From Octopus sinensis (lineage: Eukaryota): a stretch of 21,396 nucleotides of DNA. The translations under genes were made by a program, and so were the position numbers. A model generated the notes under the pieces. That model did not search any database, had not been told where the DNA came from, and worked only from the letters and a program-made list of their open reading frames with translations. Each line of letters starts with the position of its first letter. Position 1 is the stretch's first letter. Positions 21,369 to 21,396 of this stretch are shown in pieces. The stretch covers positions 1 to 21,396 of the forward strand of contig NW_021823779.1 of the NCBI RefSeq assembly GCF_006345805.1, given 5' to 3'.

Positions 21369-21396
21369 ACCATATCGCTGTCTACATCTACTCATC

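Larger units (their letters stand above)
12075..21396 (+). repeat. Tandem segmental duplication, copy B (truncated by the window end)
   Basis: Colinear with 931-9039. It has copy-specific inserts (12448-13095, 13683-14122, 16381-16598, 17773-18066, ~19005-19115) and lacks A ~1960-2560. Confidence 0.93.

Noticed and set aside
1-21396. CRISPR arrays, rRNA genes, prokaryotic operons
   Set aside because: No regular repeat-spacer structure or rRNA signature. The sequence is clearly intron-rich eukaryotic DNA.

Overview
AT-rich, microsatellite- and SINE-laden eukaryotic DNA. The SINE and repeat sequences look octopod (cephalopod); this is recognition from memory, not a search result. The window holds a roughly 11.1-kb-period direct tandem duplication (copy A ~931-9039, copy B ~12075-21396, running off the right edge). 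Copy A contains a small three-coding-exon plus-strand gene that the ORF track misses (5150-5213, 5959-6019, 9286-9475). It splices in frame to a 104-aa precursor: MKGTSVLLFCVFISYTFS|DKQDVASVHQQRGASVGLSNMTKR|VACSMDNCRRYLPVIHCCPHMACICTLSSCWCRTQNKSRATHNSMLQSVIAILVFLVNLPIY*. The layout is signal peptide, propeptide, KR site, an 8-Cys C-C-CC-CxC-CxC (inhibitor-cystine-knot-like) domain, then a hydrophobic, GPI-signal-like C-terminal tail. Copy B carries intact paralogous exons 1 and 2; its knottin exon is predicted ~250 bp beyond the window end. The rest is LINE debris, two tRNA-derived SINE families, a foldback element and simple repeats. Nearly all long ORFs in the supplied track are microsatellite artefacts.
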